From: a virus
Lineage: Duplodnaviria > Heunggongvirae > Uroviricota > Caudoviricetes
Virus record (IMG/VR): IMGVR_UViG_3300046004_001633
Span: 36,792 to 100,791 of that record
DNA: 64,000 nucleotides
Reading direction: 5' to 3' (one strand)
Under the pieces are notes generated by a model, which was not told where the DNA came from, ran no database searches, and saw only the letters and a list, made by a program, of their open reading frames with translations. The position numbers and the translations under genes were made by a program. This document shows, one piece after another, positions 6,795 to 17,398 of the stretch; within the stretch, counting starts at the first letter, position 1; each line of letters starts with the position of its first letter.

Positions 6795-6850
6795 TTATTA
6801 TACTATAAATATAATAAATTTTATTCTTATATCCAACCTTTTTTGTTACT
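6795..6850 (-). promoter_or_regulatory. sigma70-like promoter motif TTGGAT-N17-TATATT upstream of the tRNA cluster
   Basis: Minus strand TTGGAT (6836..6831), 17-nt spacer, TATATT (6813..6808). Confidence 0.5.
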
Positions 6851-6858
6851 TTGTTTGC

Positions 6859-7212
6859 TTATTGTGTTACAATTGTTACAAATGAATATTTTGAGGTTCC
6901 ATCTTTAGAAAAATAAATACGGGATACGAATTCATTTTCATACATGATGATCCAATACGGATCTCCTACTGAATCGGTTCCTTTTGGAAACTCAATACTT
7001 TGATCGTCTTTACTTAATACTCGCTTTAATTCTTCGCGAGCAGCATCATGTTCTGCATAGAAGAAGGATTGATTATTAAATTCTTTGTCTCGTATCACAT
7101 ACCATTGTTCAACTGGCACTTCAGATGTTGATTTTTCTACTGTCATTATACTTTGAGCGTTAACAGCTACGGTAGCTAGAAACATTGACAATGTTAAAAT
7201 TAATTTCTTCAT
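6859..7212 (-). CDS. secreted protein with Bacteroidota-type signal peptide
   Basis: N-terminus MKKLILTLSMFLATVAVNAQS (Ala-x-Ala/Gln cleavage typical of Bacteroidota exported proteins). 117 aa. Confidence 0.6.
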   Translation of the reverse strand: MKKLILTLSMFLATVAVNAQSIMTVEKSTSEVPVEQWYVIRDKEFNNQSFFYAEHDAAREELKRVLSKDDQSIEFPKGTDSVGDPYWIIMYENEFVSRIYFSKDGTSKYSFVTIVTQ

Positions 7213-7265
7213 AGGTTCTTTTTATATATTATATTGAATTTAAATTAATAATCCAACCTTTATTC
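7213..7265 (-). promoter_or_regulatory. sigma70-like promoter TTGGAT-N17-TATAAT
   Basis: Minus strand TTGGAT (7256..7251), exact 17-nt spacer, perfect TATAAT (7233..7228). About 15 nt of leader before the ATG at 7212. Confidence 0.55.
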
Positions 7266-7285
7266 TGCAATGTTTGATTTCATTA

Positions 7286-8515
7286 TTAATTACTTAAGGG
7301 AGCTTTAATTGATGGGTGTGACTGATAGTTTTGAATTTGAAAGTCGGATATTTCAAGTCCTTGAAGATTTGTTGCTAATGGTCCTACACCACATTCTCCG
7401 GATTCCGTTGGCCAAAACTCTGTGTTGATGTTTAATGTAGGTAGTGGATATGGTTCTCTTGTTCGTTTTGGGATACCAGCTTTATCAAATTGTTCTTCAC
7501 GAGACCAATCATTCATTCTAAACTCATATCCTTTATCTTCAAACATTATATACCTTTCAGATTCACTTAATTCCCTCCCAGTTTGTTCTTTTGCTTGTTC
7601 AATATGATTCAAATACAAATGCGTATCACCCAAGTTTCCAATCAATTCATCAGGAACCATATTAACTGCCTTAGCAATGATTTCTAATAACAGGCCGTAA
7701 GATGCAATGTTGAATGGTAAACCTAAGAATGTATCTACTGAACGTTGATTCCACATTAAAGAGATTGCTCTGGTTGGGCTATTTTCGTAATTTAAATCTT
7801 CTTCAATTTGTTCTCTCGTTCTGTTTAGATAATATAAACCTCTAACATTATGAGAATATTCAAATCGTTCTTCCCAACTCAACTCTCTTGTATAAACTTG
7901 AAACCCATAATGACATGGTGGAAGTACCATTAAATCCAATTCTCCAACATTCCAAGCATTAACCATCAATCGTCTTGAGTCCGGGTTTGTTTTAAGGTCG
8001 TTGATTAGGTTTGTAATTTGGTCTGTAACTTTAACTGCAACTTGACAATTTTCTTCTGTTACATTATATGGTATGAATTGCTTCCATTCTCTCCATTGTT
8101 TACCATACACGGGACCTAAGTCACCAAACTGATCAGCATGCCATTTATCGAGACTAATCGACTTAATCAACTCTTCCTGTGTAAACTTTTTAGGTACATC
8201 AAACGGTGTGGTTTTGCTCATATGTTCATACCATTTTTCATATGCTTTATAGGCATCCCCATCCCAAATATGACAATCATTGTCTACTAAATACTTAATG
8301 TTTGTATCACCACGTAAGAACCATAACAATTCTGTTGTAATTGTTTTGAATGGCATTTTCTTTGTTGTAAGAAGTGGAAATCCATCACTCATTTTATGAC
8401 GGATCTGTCTACCAAAAACACTAATTGTGCCAGTCCCAGTACGATCCATTTTACGGGTACCATTATCTAAAATGTCCTGTAATAAATCTGTGTATTGCCT
8501 ATCTAAATTATTCAT
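7286..8515 (-). CDS. thyA: thymidylate synthase (ThyA type) with insertions
   Basis: DRTGTGT, LLWFLRGDTN, PPCH (catalytic Cys), QRSVDTFLGLPFNIASY, GDTHLYLNH and HPSIKAPL all present. 409 aa because of inserts, one of which is duplicated in the adjacent ORF. Confidence 0.85.
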   Translation of the reverse strand: MNNLDRQYTDLLQDILDNGTRKMDRTGTGTISVFGRQIRHKMSDGFPLLTTKKMPFKTITTELLWFLRGDTNIKYLVDNDCHIWDGDAYKAYEKWYEHMSKTTPFDVPKKFTQEELIKSISLDKWHADQFGDLGPVYGKQWREWKQFIPYNVTEENCQVAVKVTDQITNLINDLKTNPDSRRLMVNAWNVGELDLMVLPPCHYGFQVYTRELSWEERFEYSHNVRGLYYLNRTREQIEEDLNYENSPTRAISLMWNQRSVDTFLGLPFNIASYGLLLEIIAKAVNMVPDELIGNLGDTHLYLNHIEQAKEQTGRELSESERYIMFEDKGYEFRMNDWSREEQFDKAGIPKRTREPYPLPTLNINTEFWPTESGECGVGPLATNLQGLEISDFQIQNYQSHPSIKAPLSN

Positions 8516-8633
8516 AACTTTCTATTTTTTTGTTGTCCTTACCAATTCCATTAACTTCTCATACTCGTCAGGTAATTCTTTTTTTATTAACTCTAATTGA
8601 TAGCCGAGTGGTGTTAAATATTTTTTCTTTTTC

Positions 8634-8978
8634 TTACTCATAACTTTCTATTGTCGTATCGTTGTATTTAACTGTGATTAGTTTGGTTGGTATTCCTGCT
8701 TTATTGTATTGTTCTTCTTTAGACCAGTTATTCATCATAAATTCATAACCCCTTTCATCGAATATTTGATATCTTTCTTTCTCAATCAACTCTCGTTCTT
8801 CAATCTTTAATCCCCACTTTTCAGAGAACTCTGGATCTGTTTTGATTTTGTTAATGAATTCTTCTTGTGTTAAACACTTATTAGTATAAGGTCCAGAAAA
8901 TGGTGGATTTTCTTTTAACCATTCTGTTTGATAGTTCTTATAAGCCTCATCCACTAATTCTTGTTGTTCTTTACTCAT
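8634..8978 (-). CDS. hypothetical protein sharing a ~30-aa module with the ThyA insert
   Basis: C-terminal ERYQIFDERGYEFMMNNWSKEEQYNKAGIP versus ThyA ERYIMFEDKGYEFRMNDWSREEQFDKAGIP. About 70% DNA identity over ~90 bp. Confidence 0.5.
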   Translation of the reverse strand: MSKEQQELVDEAYKNYQTEWLKENPPFSGPYTNKCLTQEEFINKIKTDPEFSEKWGLKIEERELIEKERYQIFDERGYEFMMNNWSKEEQYNKAGIPTKLITVKYNDTTIESYE

Positions 8979-9131
8979 CTTTGTTTTTTATTATCTAAGT
9001 ATTCTGTTTTATATCTTTGTACCAACAATATGGATTCTCTAATTTTTTCATCGTGAGTTGATTCGTGTAACATTTTTAATGTCTTATCAAACTCATCCAT
9101 TATTGGGTCTGGTTCTTCAAACCATTCTTCT

Positions 9132-9533
9132 TTACTCATATAACTTAGGATTATTTTCTAAAATTGCAGCAATAGAATAAACGATTTCTTCTGGTTCAAA
9201 TGATGTTTTCCAATCACATTCATCCAAAACTTCATCTACCCACTGCATGTATAACTCAAACAATTTTTCTTTATCTATTGTCATCTTTTTTGCATTTTCC
9301 CAATTTTTAACTTGTCTAGCTATATCCTCCATTATTGGATTCATTATATTCTCAGGTACTTTTTCGGGATACGTGAATATATTCTTTATAGTTCCCAAAT
9401 TGATAATATCTTTAAGTCTTCTAATCTCAGCAATCACATCATCACCTAGTTCAATCCGGGACATCATGGATAGGTCTACTACTTGTGTCATTAATACTTC
9501 AATCAGTTTGTCTTTTGCTTGGTCTTTGTTCAT
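9132..9533 (-). CDS. hypothetical protein
   Basis: 133 aa acidic ORF. Confidence 0.45.
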   Translation of the reverse strand: MNKDQAKDKLIEVLMTQVVDLSMMSRIELGDDVIAEIRRLKDIINLGTIKNIFTYPEKVPENIMNPIMEDIARQVKNWENAKKMTIDKEKLFELYMQWVDEVLDECDWKTSFEPEEIVYSIAAILENNPKLYE

Positions 9534-9541
9534 ATGTTTCC

Positions 9542-9850
9542 TTATTTAGAGCCAAACGTTGGGTTGAATTTGAAATCAACCCAAACTTTAGCAACAATTA
9601 AATTTAATCCTATCATGTAGCAGTTTACTAGATTACCTTCCCCAAACGTCTTTTTGATGGTGTCAGCATTATCTTTTCCAGCTTTTGTTCGACCAACTGC
9701 TCTAGATCGTTTGGCCCAAATACCTAATGACCACTTACGTCTAATGTCATTAGCCTCATAGTTTTCTAAAATGCTATCAGATCCTTCTTCCCATCGGTGT
9801 CTCAACACCCATGTTGCTTTAAAGCTTCCTATTCTAGTTCGTGTTATCAT
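9542..9850 (-). CDS. hypothetical protein
   Basis: 102 aa basic ORF abutting the ligase gene. Confidence 0.4.
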   Translation of the reverse strand: MITRTRIGSFKATWVLRHRWEEGSDSILENYEANDIRRKWSLGIWAKRSRAVGRTKAGKDNADTIKKTFGEGNLVNCYMIGLNLIVAKVWVDFKFNPTFGSK

Positions 9851-10977
9851 TAGTGTGAGTCTCCTACGTTATGTTTTTCTCCGTAGATTAAGTAATCTGG
9901 ATTGATCACTTTAGCTACTTTGTTTCTAGCTCCAGACCATTCCTTAATTACAATACCTTCGTGTGGCACTTTAGTTCCCGGGATAAAGTTCTTAAAGACA
10001 TATTTATCTTGCACTGCTTGGGACCATTTACCGATGTATAGTTCTTCTACACAAGGTAATCCCAACAATCCGATTGTTATCACAGAATTAAATGCATTCT
10101 CATACTTACCATTTACTACCACATCAAATCCAACAAACTCAATATCAGTTAACCCATAATCATAATTCGTTTGAATCCCAGCACCATAAATTTCTCCATA
10201 CAATACAATACCAGAACCTAAGTCAGATGGATAATCATAAATTTGTTCTACATGATCCCACAGCATTCGTCTGATATTGTATTTATCTGCAACTGTTCTC
10301 CATACATCAGTCGAGTAGAATCCTTGTGAATCAGATCCTTTCTCGCAATTATGTGATCCATATACATATTCATAGTCAATCCATTTATTAGCAACTCGGA
10401 AGAATTTCTTCAACTTGTCCCATCTAGATAGTGTCGTTTTCTTTACGATTCCATAACGTGCATTGGTGCCGTGTATCTTACGTGTAATCTCAACATTATC
10501 CTCTTCTGTAAACATACCCGTAACATTCTTGAGGTTAGGGAACTTGTAGTAGATGTGGAAGTTTGGATTGTCACGGTATTTAATCTTACGACCAGAAGCC
10601 AATTGGATTTGTTTAACTGGTGGTTCATACTTAGTAATGCCAAGTTCTTCCATTACATCTGTTCCATCTGTAATCGACTTAAATCGGATATGTACAATTG
10701 GAATAATTAAACATTCACTATAAACGCCGCGAAGTTTAACTGTTCTTACTCGTTGTCCTTTTCTCAAGTATCCGGTTACTCCAACCTTGTCAGATAATTC
10801 TTGTGGAATTACAGCATCAGTAGTTGCAATTATAACTAAGGAATCTTTGTTATATTCACCTTTTTTGGTAATTGCATTCCAACCACCTACTACTGCTAAC
10901 TCAATGTTGTCTGCGCCTTCAATTGCTTTAATTTCGGTTACTCGTCCTACGTAACATACGCTGTTTTGATTTTCCAT
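9850..10977 (-). CDS. ATP-dependent RNA ligase, Rnl2/Rnl5-like with N-terminal OB-like domain
   Basis: Nucleotidyltransferase motif I KIHGTN (as in T4 Rnl2 K35) at ~residue 168. Preceded by a ~160-aa N-terminal domain as in Naegleria/Deinococcus Rnl5-type nick-sealing ligases. Adjacent to kinase and phosphoesterase genes. Confidence 0.55.
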   Translation of the reverse strand: MENQNSVCYVGRVTEIKAIEGADNIELAVVGGWNAITKKGEYNKDSLVIIATTDAVIPQELSDKVGVTGYLRKGQRVRTVKLRGVYSECLIIPIVHIRFKSITDGTDVMEELGITKYEPPVKQIQLASGRKIKYRDNPNFHIYYKFPNLKNVTGMFTEEDNVEITRKIHGTNARYGIVKKTTLSRWDKLKKFFRVANKWIDYEYVYGSHNCEKGSDSQGFYSTDVWRTVADKYNIRRMLWDHVEQIYDYPSDLGSGIVLYGEIYGAGIQTNYDYGLTDIEFVGFDVVVNGKYENAFNSVITIGLLGLPCVEELYIGKWSQAVQDKYVFKNFIPGTKVPHEGIVIKEWSGARNKVAKVINPDYLIYGEKHNVGDSH

Positions 10978-10980
10978 TTC

Positions 10981-11364
10981 TTACAATTTTATTTCAAATC
11001 TGTTTTTCATTTGTTCTAACTTGTCTGCTGGTACTCCGTGGGCATTTACGCTGGCGTGTCGGTTTTCAACAATAACAGAAGAAACACGATATCCATATTG
11101 TTCAGCTAACCAATAATAAGCATCCATTTCCCATTCCTGAGTAAATGTGTTTGAAACTACAATGCTAAATCCTTTTACCATCCATGCTTCTGTCACTTCT
11201 TGGCACCATTTATGGGCTGCTTTGAGTTTAGATGCATCGAATTTATATTCACCATCATGCATAAAGTATCGATCTGCCTCAACATGATGAGTATCAACTA
11301 AATGTTTTGCAAATGTTGTTTTACCACTGCCAGGTAAACCTCTTAATAAGATTAATTCTTTCAT
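10981..11364 (-). CDS. P-loop polynucleotide kinase-like protein (5'-OH kinase)
   Basis: LRGLPGSGKTTFAKHL Walker A. 127 aa AAA_33/Pnk-like kinase domain. Genomic context between ligase and phosphoesterase. Confidence 0.55.
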   Translation of the reverse strand: MKELILLRGLPGSGKTTFAKHLVDTHHVEADRYFMHDGEYKFDASKLKAAHKWCQEVTEAWMVKGFSIVVSNTFTQEWEMDAYYWLAEQYGYRVSSVIVENRHASVNAHGVPADKLEQMKNRFEIKL

Positions 11365-11376
11365 AGCTAATTTATG

Positions 11377-11898
11377 TTAACGGGTAATTCCTAATTGTTC
11401 CAATGTCTTTGGCGTGTAATCAACTTGCTCACATGATACTCCGTGGTATCTACGATCAACACGCTTAAATATAGTGAAGCCCATAATGGTTATTTGCTTC
11501 ATTACAATATTTTCATGAATATGGCCGTGAATGATGCGTGGTACGCGGTGTTCTAACTCCATCGGGTGCACTGGGCAATGAGATAACCAAATGCCTTTAT
11601 ATCGTGTTAAACCACTAACAGATTGAACATACTTCATCAACTCCAGAATATCTCTTGGTAGATCATGATTTCCTAACACAACCTTTTTCATTCCGTTTAG
11701 TCTGGATAACAATGGATACGGTTTAGCCGATTCCATTGTTACATCACCTAGGATATATGTTAGGTCTTGTTTTTTAACTACACTGTTCCATTGGGTAATG
11801 ATGTGCTCATCATGTTCCTCTACTGTAGCAAAGCCACGTTTCAATGCCATGTTAACATGACCAAAATGTAGATCTGCTATAAATCTTACTTGTGCCAT
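11377..11898 (-). CDS. calcineurin-like phosphoesterase (candidate 2',3'-phosphatase of the RNA repair cassette)
   Basis: DLHFGH, GDV, GNHD and GHIHE metallophosphatase motifs. 173 aa. Same fold as the phosphatase domain of Clostridium thermocellum Pnkp. Confidence 0.6.
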   Translation of the reverse strand: MAQVRFIADLHFGHVNMALKRGFATVEEHDEHIITQWNSVVKKQDLTYILGDVTMESAKPYPLLSRLNGMKKVVLGNHDLPRDILELMKYVQSVSGLTRYKGIWLSHCPVHPMELEHRVPRIIHGHIHENIVMKQITIMGFTIFKRVDRRYHGVSCEQVDYTPKTLEQLGITR

Positions 11899-11920
11899 TC
11901 TTTTTCTTTATAATAAGAAA

Positions 11921-12151
11921 TTAATCGGCAATATCCAAATCTATATCAGGAATTGTTTCGCAAAACATAAAATGAGTTCCTGATTGAATAACTATATCAG
12001 CTCCACACCATTGTTGGAACATTTCTATGTATTCTCTGCGAGGAGCAGTGTCAATGCGTTCAGCAAAGTGATGTATTAGTTTTTGGTGTAGCACATGATA
12101 TGCTACGTCGTTGTGTGTTATGATGTTACCTAGCATAGCTCTGGAATACAC
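11921..12151 (-). CDS. hypothetical protein
   Basis: 76 aa. Overlaps the next ORF by 26 nt. Confidence 0.35.
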   Translation of the reverse strand: MYSRAMLGNIITHNDVAYHVLHQKLIHHFAERIDTAPRREYIEMFQQWCGADIVIQSGTHFMFCETIPDIDLDIAD

Positions 12152-12461
12152 AAATGAATTCTAAATCGTTGTCAGCTCCATGTTCATCGTTCATTACTTT
12201 GTGGAACATTCCACCTGGTATTAAAACAATGTCTCCTGGTTTAATTGGGATGATCTCATCGCCTAATTGCATAGAGCCATAACCGGTTTGGAAGAAGTAT
12301 ACCTCATCTAAGTCGTCATGGCTATGTCCTGTGGTGGTATGGGTTGGGTGTAGTATTGTTTTAGATAATGTTAAATTGTTTAGGATTGCATTGTCTATTA
12401 CCGTGTATACGGCGGTCTCCCGCACTATAGTGCCGGCAATGTCTTGTGTATTTACTTTCAT
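12126..12461 (-). CDS. cupin-fold protein
   Basis: Both cupin motifs present: G-x5-HSH-x3-E-x6-G and GDIVLIPGGMFHKVMN. Confidence 0.6.
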   Translation of the reverse strand: MKVNTQDIAGTIVRETAVYTVIDNAILNNLTLSKTILHPTHTTTGHSHDDLDEVYFFQTGYGSMQLGDEIIPIKPGDIVLIPGGMFHKVMNDEHGADNDLEFICVFQSYAR

Positions 12462-12721
12462 TTTACCGATTCTTCATAAGCTGTTATGATGGCATCTGAT
12501 ATGTCCATCTTTGGATTGTTCTTCATGAGCTTGAGTGCCCATGTTACTACTTTTGTTTCCATTCCTAGATCCATGGCATCTTTAAGAACTATATCGACAA
12601 CCTCGAAAGACCGATGAAATTCCTCCACCGGTCTCTTAGATTGTTTACCCCTTACTATTTTTTTAAATTTATTAAAAAGATCCATGTCTTCAATAAATTT
12701 GCGTAATGGCATTTGTTTCAT
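12458..12721 (-). CDS. hypothetical protein
   Basis: 87 aa. Not GroES-like despite its position next to groEL. Confidence 0.4.
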   Translation of the reverse strand: MKQMPLRKFIEDMDLFNKFKKIVRGKQSKRPVEEFHRSFEVVDIVLKDAMDLGMETKVVTWALKLMKNNPKMDISDAIITAYEESVK

Positions 12722-12723
12722 GA

Positions 12724-14349
<1,626 letters not shown>

Positions 14350-14397
14350 TTATTTTTCCTTTTTTATAACTATTTAATATAAATATTACATTGCAAT

Positions 14398-16461
14398 TTA
14401 TTTTGCAATTTCCAAAAACTTTTGATTTATTGTCTTTGCGATATCAACCATACTATCAGGTCTAATAAATTTAGAGTCCTGACCATACATTGTTTTAAAG
14501 TTTCGACGATCACTATCATATATATTTTGCTCATATATAAAATAACTAATGATGTTCATACCAATTTCTCGCATATCACCAATTACCTTTCTAGTAAATA
14601 CCACACCATCATAGACACTGCCTGTTCCATGGACCGGAGTAGGAGCTCCATCTGAGTAATTAATAAAAATTAGTTCATCCCCTTTAGCATCTGCTCGGAG
14701 ATCCTTTTCTATACTTTTAAAAGACAGACCTTCTGGTGTGCAACCAAATGTGGATAGATATTTAAAGTAATTACGAATCTTGCTTATTTTATCATGAGCT
14801 GAATCATATGCATATAAGGTAACACATCTTTCAACCCCGCCAGTTTGTGAATCAGTTCCGCGCAATGATATTTGTACCCGGATGCCGGTCGTCATTGATG
14901 CTGCTTGGGCAATTGCTACTGCACTAGTCATGGCTTGCTCTAACTTGTTTCCATGCATCGACCCAGATGCATCAATTGATATATGGATAAAATAATTCTT
15001 GAATCTATCAGTAACTATTCGGTGAAACACATTAGCATTATCAAAACCCAATTGAGCTACTAGTCGACGATCGATCTTTCCGGCTCCTAGTCGGGTTGAC
15101 TTAAGAGTCCTATCTGTGTTTCTCATTTGCAATTTGTTACCAAGCTGTTTACCTAATATTAGGCCTCTAGTAACAGCATCAGTCATCTTGATTATATCAC
15201 GCATATTATATGAATCTGTAGCGTAATTGCCATTCATTATCTCTGCAGATCGACTAGTAAACAAACTAGGCATCGATGAAATGACTCCTGGTGTTAGTTT
15301 CTTGATAACAACTGTAGTGATCGGATTATATTTACCATCTGGGCTAGTATTAATATCGCGGGTTTCTGTACCAGAATCGCGCATTGCATTAACCAATCGC
15401 GATTGAGCTTTTGATAACTTACCGGTTTTCTTTTGTTCTCCATTAATGAATTCTCGCTGAGCTTCAATAACTTTTTCTAGCTTTGCTTTATCTCGATCCG
15501 AAAGTTCCGGGGTATCATTAGTTTCATCATCGTCACCATCCCCGTCTTCCTCATCATCAGGCTCACCATCCCCAGCTCCGCCTGGTAGTATATCTAAATC
15601 ATTGCCACCTTTTTTATTGTCTGCATCATTGCCGGCTTCATATACCTTTTGTAATTCTTCAAGCTCAGTAGCCAACACCGCTGCAGCAACAATTTTATAT
15701 ACCTCACACGATAACATTAATGCATCGATAGTCGATTTTAATCTGCTGATATTCCCTAAATCGATTAAGTTCCATACATCTCGTAGTTTGGATAAAGAAT
15801 CCAATTGTCGATTTGCATTCGTAAAGTTAATGAGATGGAACATATAACAATCCCAATCTTCTTTAACCTTCACCTTACTAATTAATGCAGTATCAATAAT
15901 TTTATCATTGAAGTATTTATTATACATTGCTTCGTAATACATTCGATATCCTGGAGCAGATGTATATACGGTATAATCAATACGGCGATCTTCAATCCAA
16001 TTCAATATATCTTTAATGATACCGTATTTCTTTTCATTTAATGTCACAGGATCGATCTCGGTGTTGTTCACTATGCTAGCCATTTTAGTTCCAGCTAAGG
16101 TATATGCTTTTCCACCAGTTGGTGTTTTAAACAAACTAAAATCAGTATATGCAATATGAGAACCTTCATGCAATGCTAATCCAACAGCTGGGTCAAAGTT
16201 AGTACCATCTAATTTAGTACCAATTGTTACGGAGGCGCCATCAGTATAACTAGAATCATTGTTTTGAAATACTACAGGTATTTGTTTGCCTGTAACGATA
16301 TTAACGAAATTACCAATTGCTCGTTGAGCTGCTGCTAATTTAGTATAATCGACTGTGTTACCTACTTTAAAGCTAACATCGAAATCTCGATCTAACCAAA
16401 AACTAGATGCATATTTCTGAAATGCCTTCCCTGCTACGTATGTTGTTTTAATCTTTGCCAT
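14398..16461 (-). CDS. cobT: CobT-like protein with C-terminal vWA domain
   Basis: 687 aa. Central acidic tract PDDEEDGDGDDDETND as in aerobic cobaltochelatase CobT. C-terminal MIDAS motif DASGSM. Confidence 0.6.
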   Translation of the reverse strand: MAKIKTTYVAGKAFQKYASSFWLDRDFDVSFKVGNTVDYTKLAAAQRAIGNFVNIVTGKQIPVVFQNNDSSYTDGASVTIGTKLDGTNFDPAVGLALHEGSHIAYTDFSLFKTPTGGKAYTLAGTKMASIVNNTEIDPVTLNEKKYGIIKDILNWIEDRRIDYTVYTSAPGYRMYYEAMYNKYFNDKIIDTALISKVKVKEDWDCYMFHLINFTNANRQLDSLSKLRDVWNLIDLGNISRLKSTIDALMLSCEVYKIVAAAVLATELEELQKVYEAGNDADNKKGGNDLDILPGGAGDGEPDDEEDGDGDDDETNDTPELSDRDKAKLEKVIEAQREFINGEQKKTGKLSKAQSRLVNAMRDSGTETRDINTSPDGKYNPITTVVIKKLTPGVISSMPSLFTSRSAEIMNGNYATDSYNMRDIIKMTDAVTRGLILGKQLGNKLQMRNTDRTLKSTRLGAGKIDRRLVAQLGFDNANVFHRIVTDRFKNYFIHISIDASGSMHGNKLEQAMTSAVAIAQAASMTTGIRVQISLRGTDSQTGGVERCVTLYAYDSAHDKISKIRNYFKYLSTFGCTPEGLSFKSIEKDLRADAKGDELIFINYSDGAPTPVHGTGSVYDGVVFTRKVIGDMREIGMNIISYFIYEQNIYDSDRRNFKTMYGQDSKFIRPDSMVDIAKTINQKFLEIAK

Positions 16462-16520
16462 ATCTCTTTCTTTTCTATATAATAAGAAATTTATCAGTAC
16501 TATCCAACCTAATTGCTAAA
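16462..16520 (-). promoter_or_regulatory. sigma70-like promoter TTGGAT-N17-TATTAT
   Basis: Minus strand TTGGAT (16507..16502), 17-nt spacer with AGAAAT signature, TATTAT (16484..16479). Confidence 0.5.
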
Positions 16521-16569
16521 AATAAAAGGAGCTGGGCTGACCATACTCCTTATTTTCGAGCTATGAAAA

Positions 16570-17340
16570 TTAAAATGGCATATTGTTAACCGTATCTGGT
16601 TCGGTACCGACACTAAATATATCTTTCTCAACCGTTGCGATATGTTTCTGGATAATTTGTTTAACAAAAGTCCTTTCAGAATCAGATCCTCCCGATGCAT
16701 CAAAGAATGGAATGATTGCTACCTCAGACGCCTCAGCTAATGTAAACCCATCTGCTAGCAACTCACATACTCTAACAGTCATACGAGTTGATACCATAGT
16801 CGTTAACTTGCCTTCTTCAGAACGCCATTCTTTACGGGTTGCATCAGCAATGTCAGCTACTGAGTGAATCAATGTGGCACTAACTTGTTTGCCATATCGA
16901 TGCTTCAATAATGCTTCTTCGCGTTCCAATGTAAGGATATCAACCTCAATGATTTCGAAACGATCCATTAATGCTCTATCTATTACACGAGTTGATGTGT
17001 ACTCAGTACCAATATTGGCTGTTGCAATAAATGATACGCCCGATGCAACATGTATTGTCGGAGAGTTAACATCTTCATCTAATCGAAGATATCTTTGTCC
17101 TTCATCTAATACTGGCATTAAAATATTCCATGCTTCTGGGTGTGCTCGGGATAATTCATCTAAAAGTATTACGGCATTCTCTGTTTTGATTGCCTTAACA
17201 AAGGCTGATTCATCGAATGATGTCTGTCCATCTTTGAAATGTGTATTACCAATCAATGTAGATCTAGGATCTTGTGTTGCCCCTAGGTTAAAATAGAAGA
17301 ATGGTCTCTTACTTTCAATTTTAACTTTAAATTTTTCCAT
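16570..17340 (-). CDS. cobS: CobS/MoxR-like AAA+ ATPase, C-terminal half (Walker B and sensor regions)
   Basis: VILLDELSRAHPEAWNILMPVLDE (Walker B region) and FIATANIGTEY...IDRALMDRFEII (sensor/arginine-finger region). No Walker A in this ORF. Confidence 0.6.
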   Translation of the reverse strand: MEKFKVKIESKRPFFYFNLGATQDPRSTLIGNTHFKDGQTSFDESAFVKAIKTENAVILLDELSRAHPEAWNILMPVLDEGQRYLRLDEDVNSPTIHVASGVSFIATANIGTEYTSTRVIDRALMDRFEIIEVDILTLEREEALLKHRYGKQVSATLIHSVADIADATRKEWRSEEGKLTTMVSTRMTVRVCELLADGFTLAEASEVAIIPFFDASGGSDSERTFVKQIIQKHIATVEKDIFSVGTEPDTVNNMPF

Positions 17341-17398
17341 AGCTTTTTTTATTATTATAAGAAATTTATTTTATTAATCCAACCTTTTTTAGAATTGT
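17341..17398 (-). promoter_or_regulatory. sigma70-like promoter TTGGAT-N17-TATAAT in front of the ATPase C-half ORF
   Basis: Minus strand TTGGAT (17382..17377), 17-nt spacer, TATAAT (17359..17354). Confidence 0.5.

Noticed and set aside
6694-6885. The only plus-strand ORF not overlapping a minus gene (63 aa).
   Set aside because: It lies in the AT-rich promoter region upstream of the tRNA cluster and includes the TTGGAT/TATATT promoter. It is low-complexity Ile/Phe/Asn-rich, typical of AT-rich noise.
12458-12721. 87-aa ORF just 3' of groEL, considered as a divergent GroES.
   Set aside because: It has no mobile-loop or β-barrel GroES pattern. A clear GroES exists elsewhere at 58960..59265.
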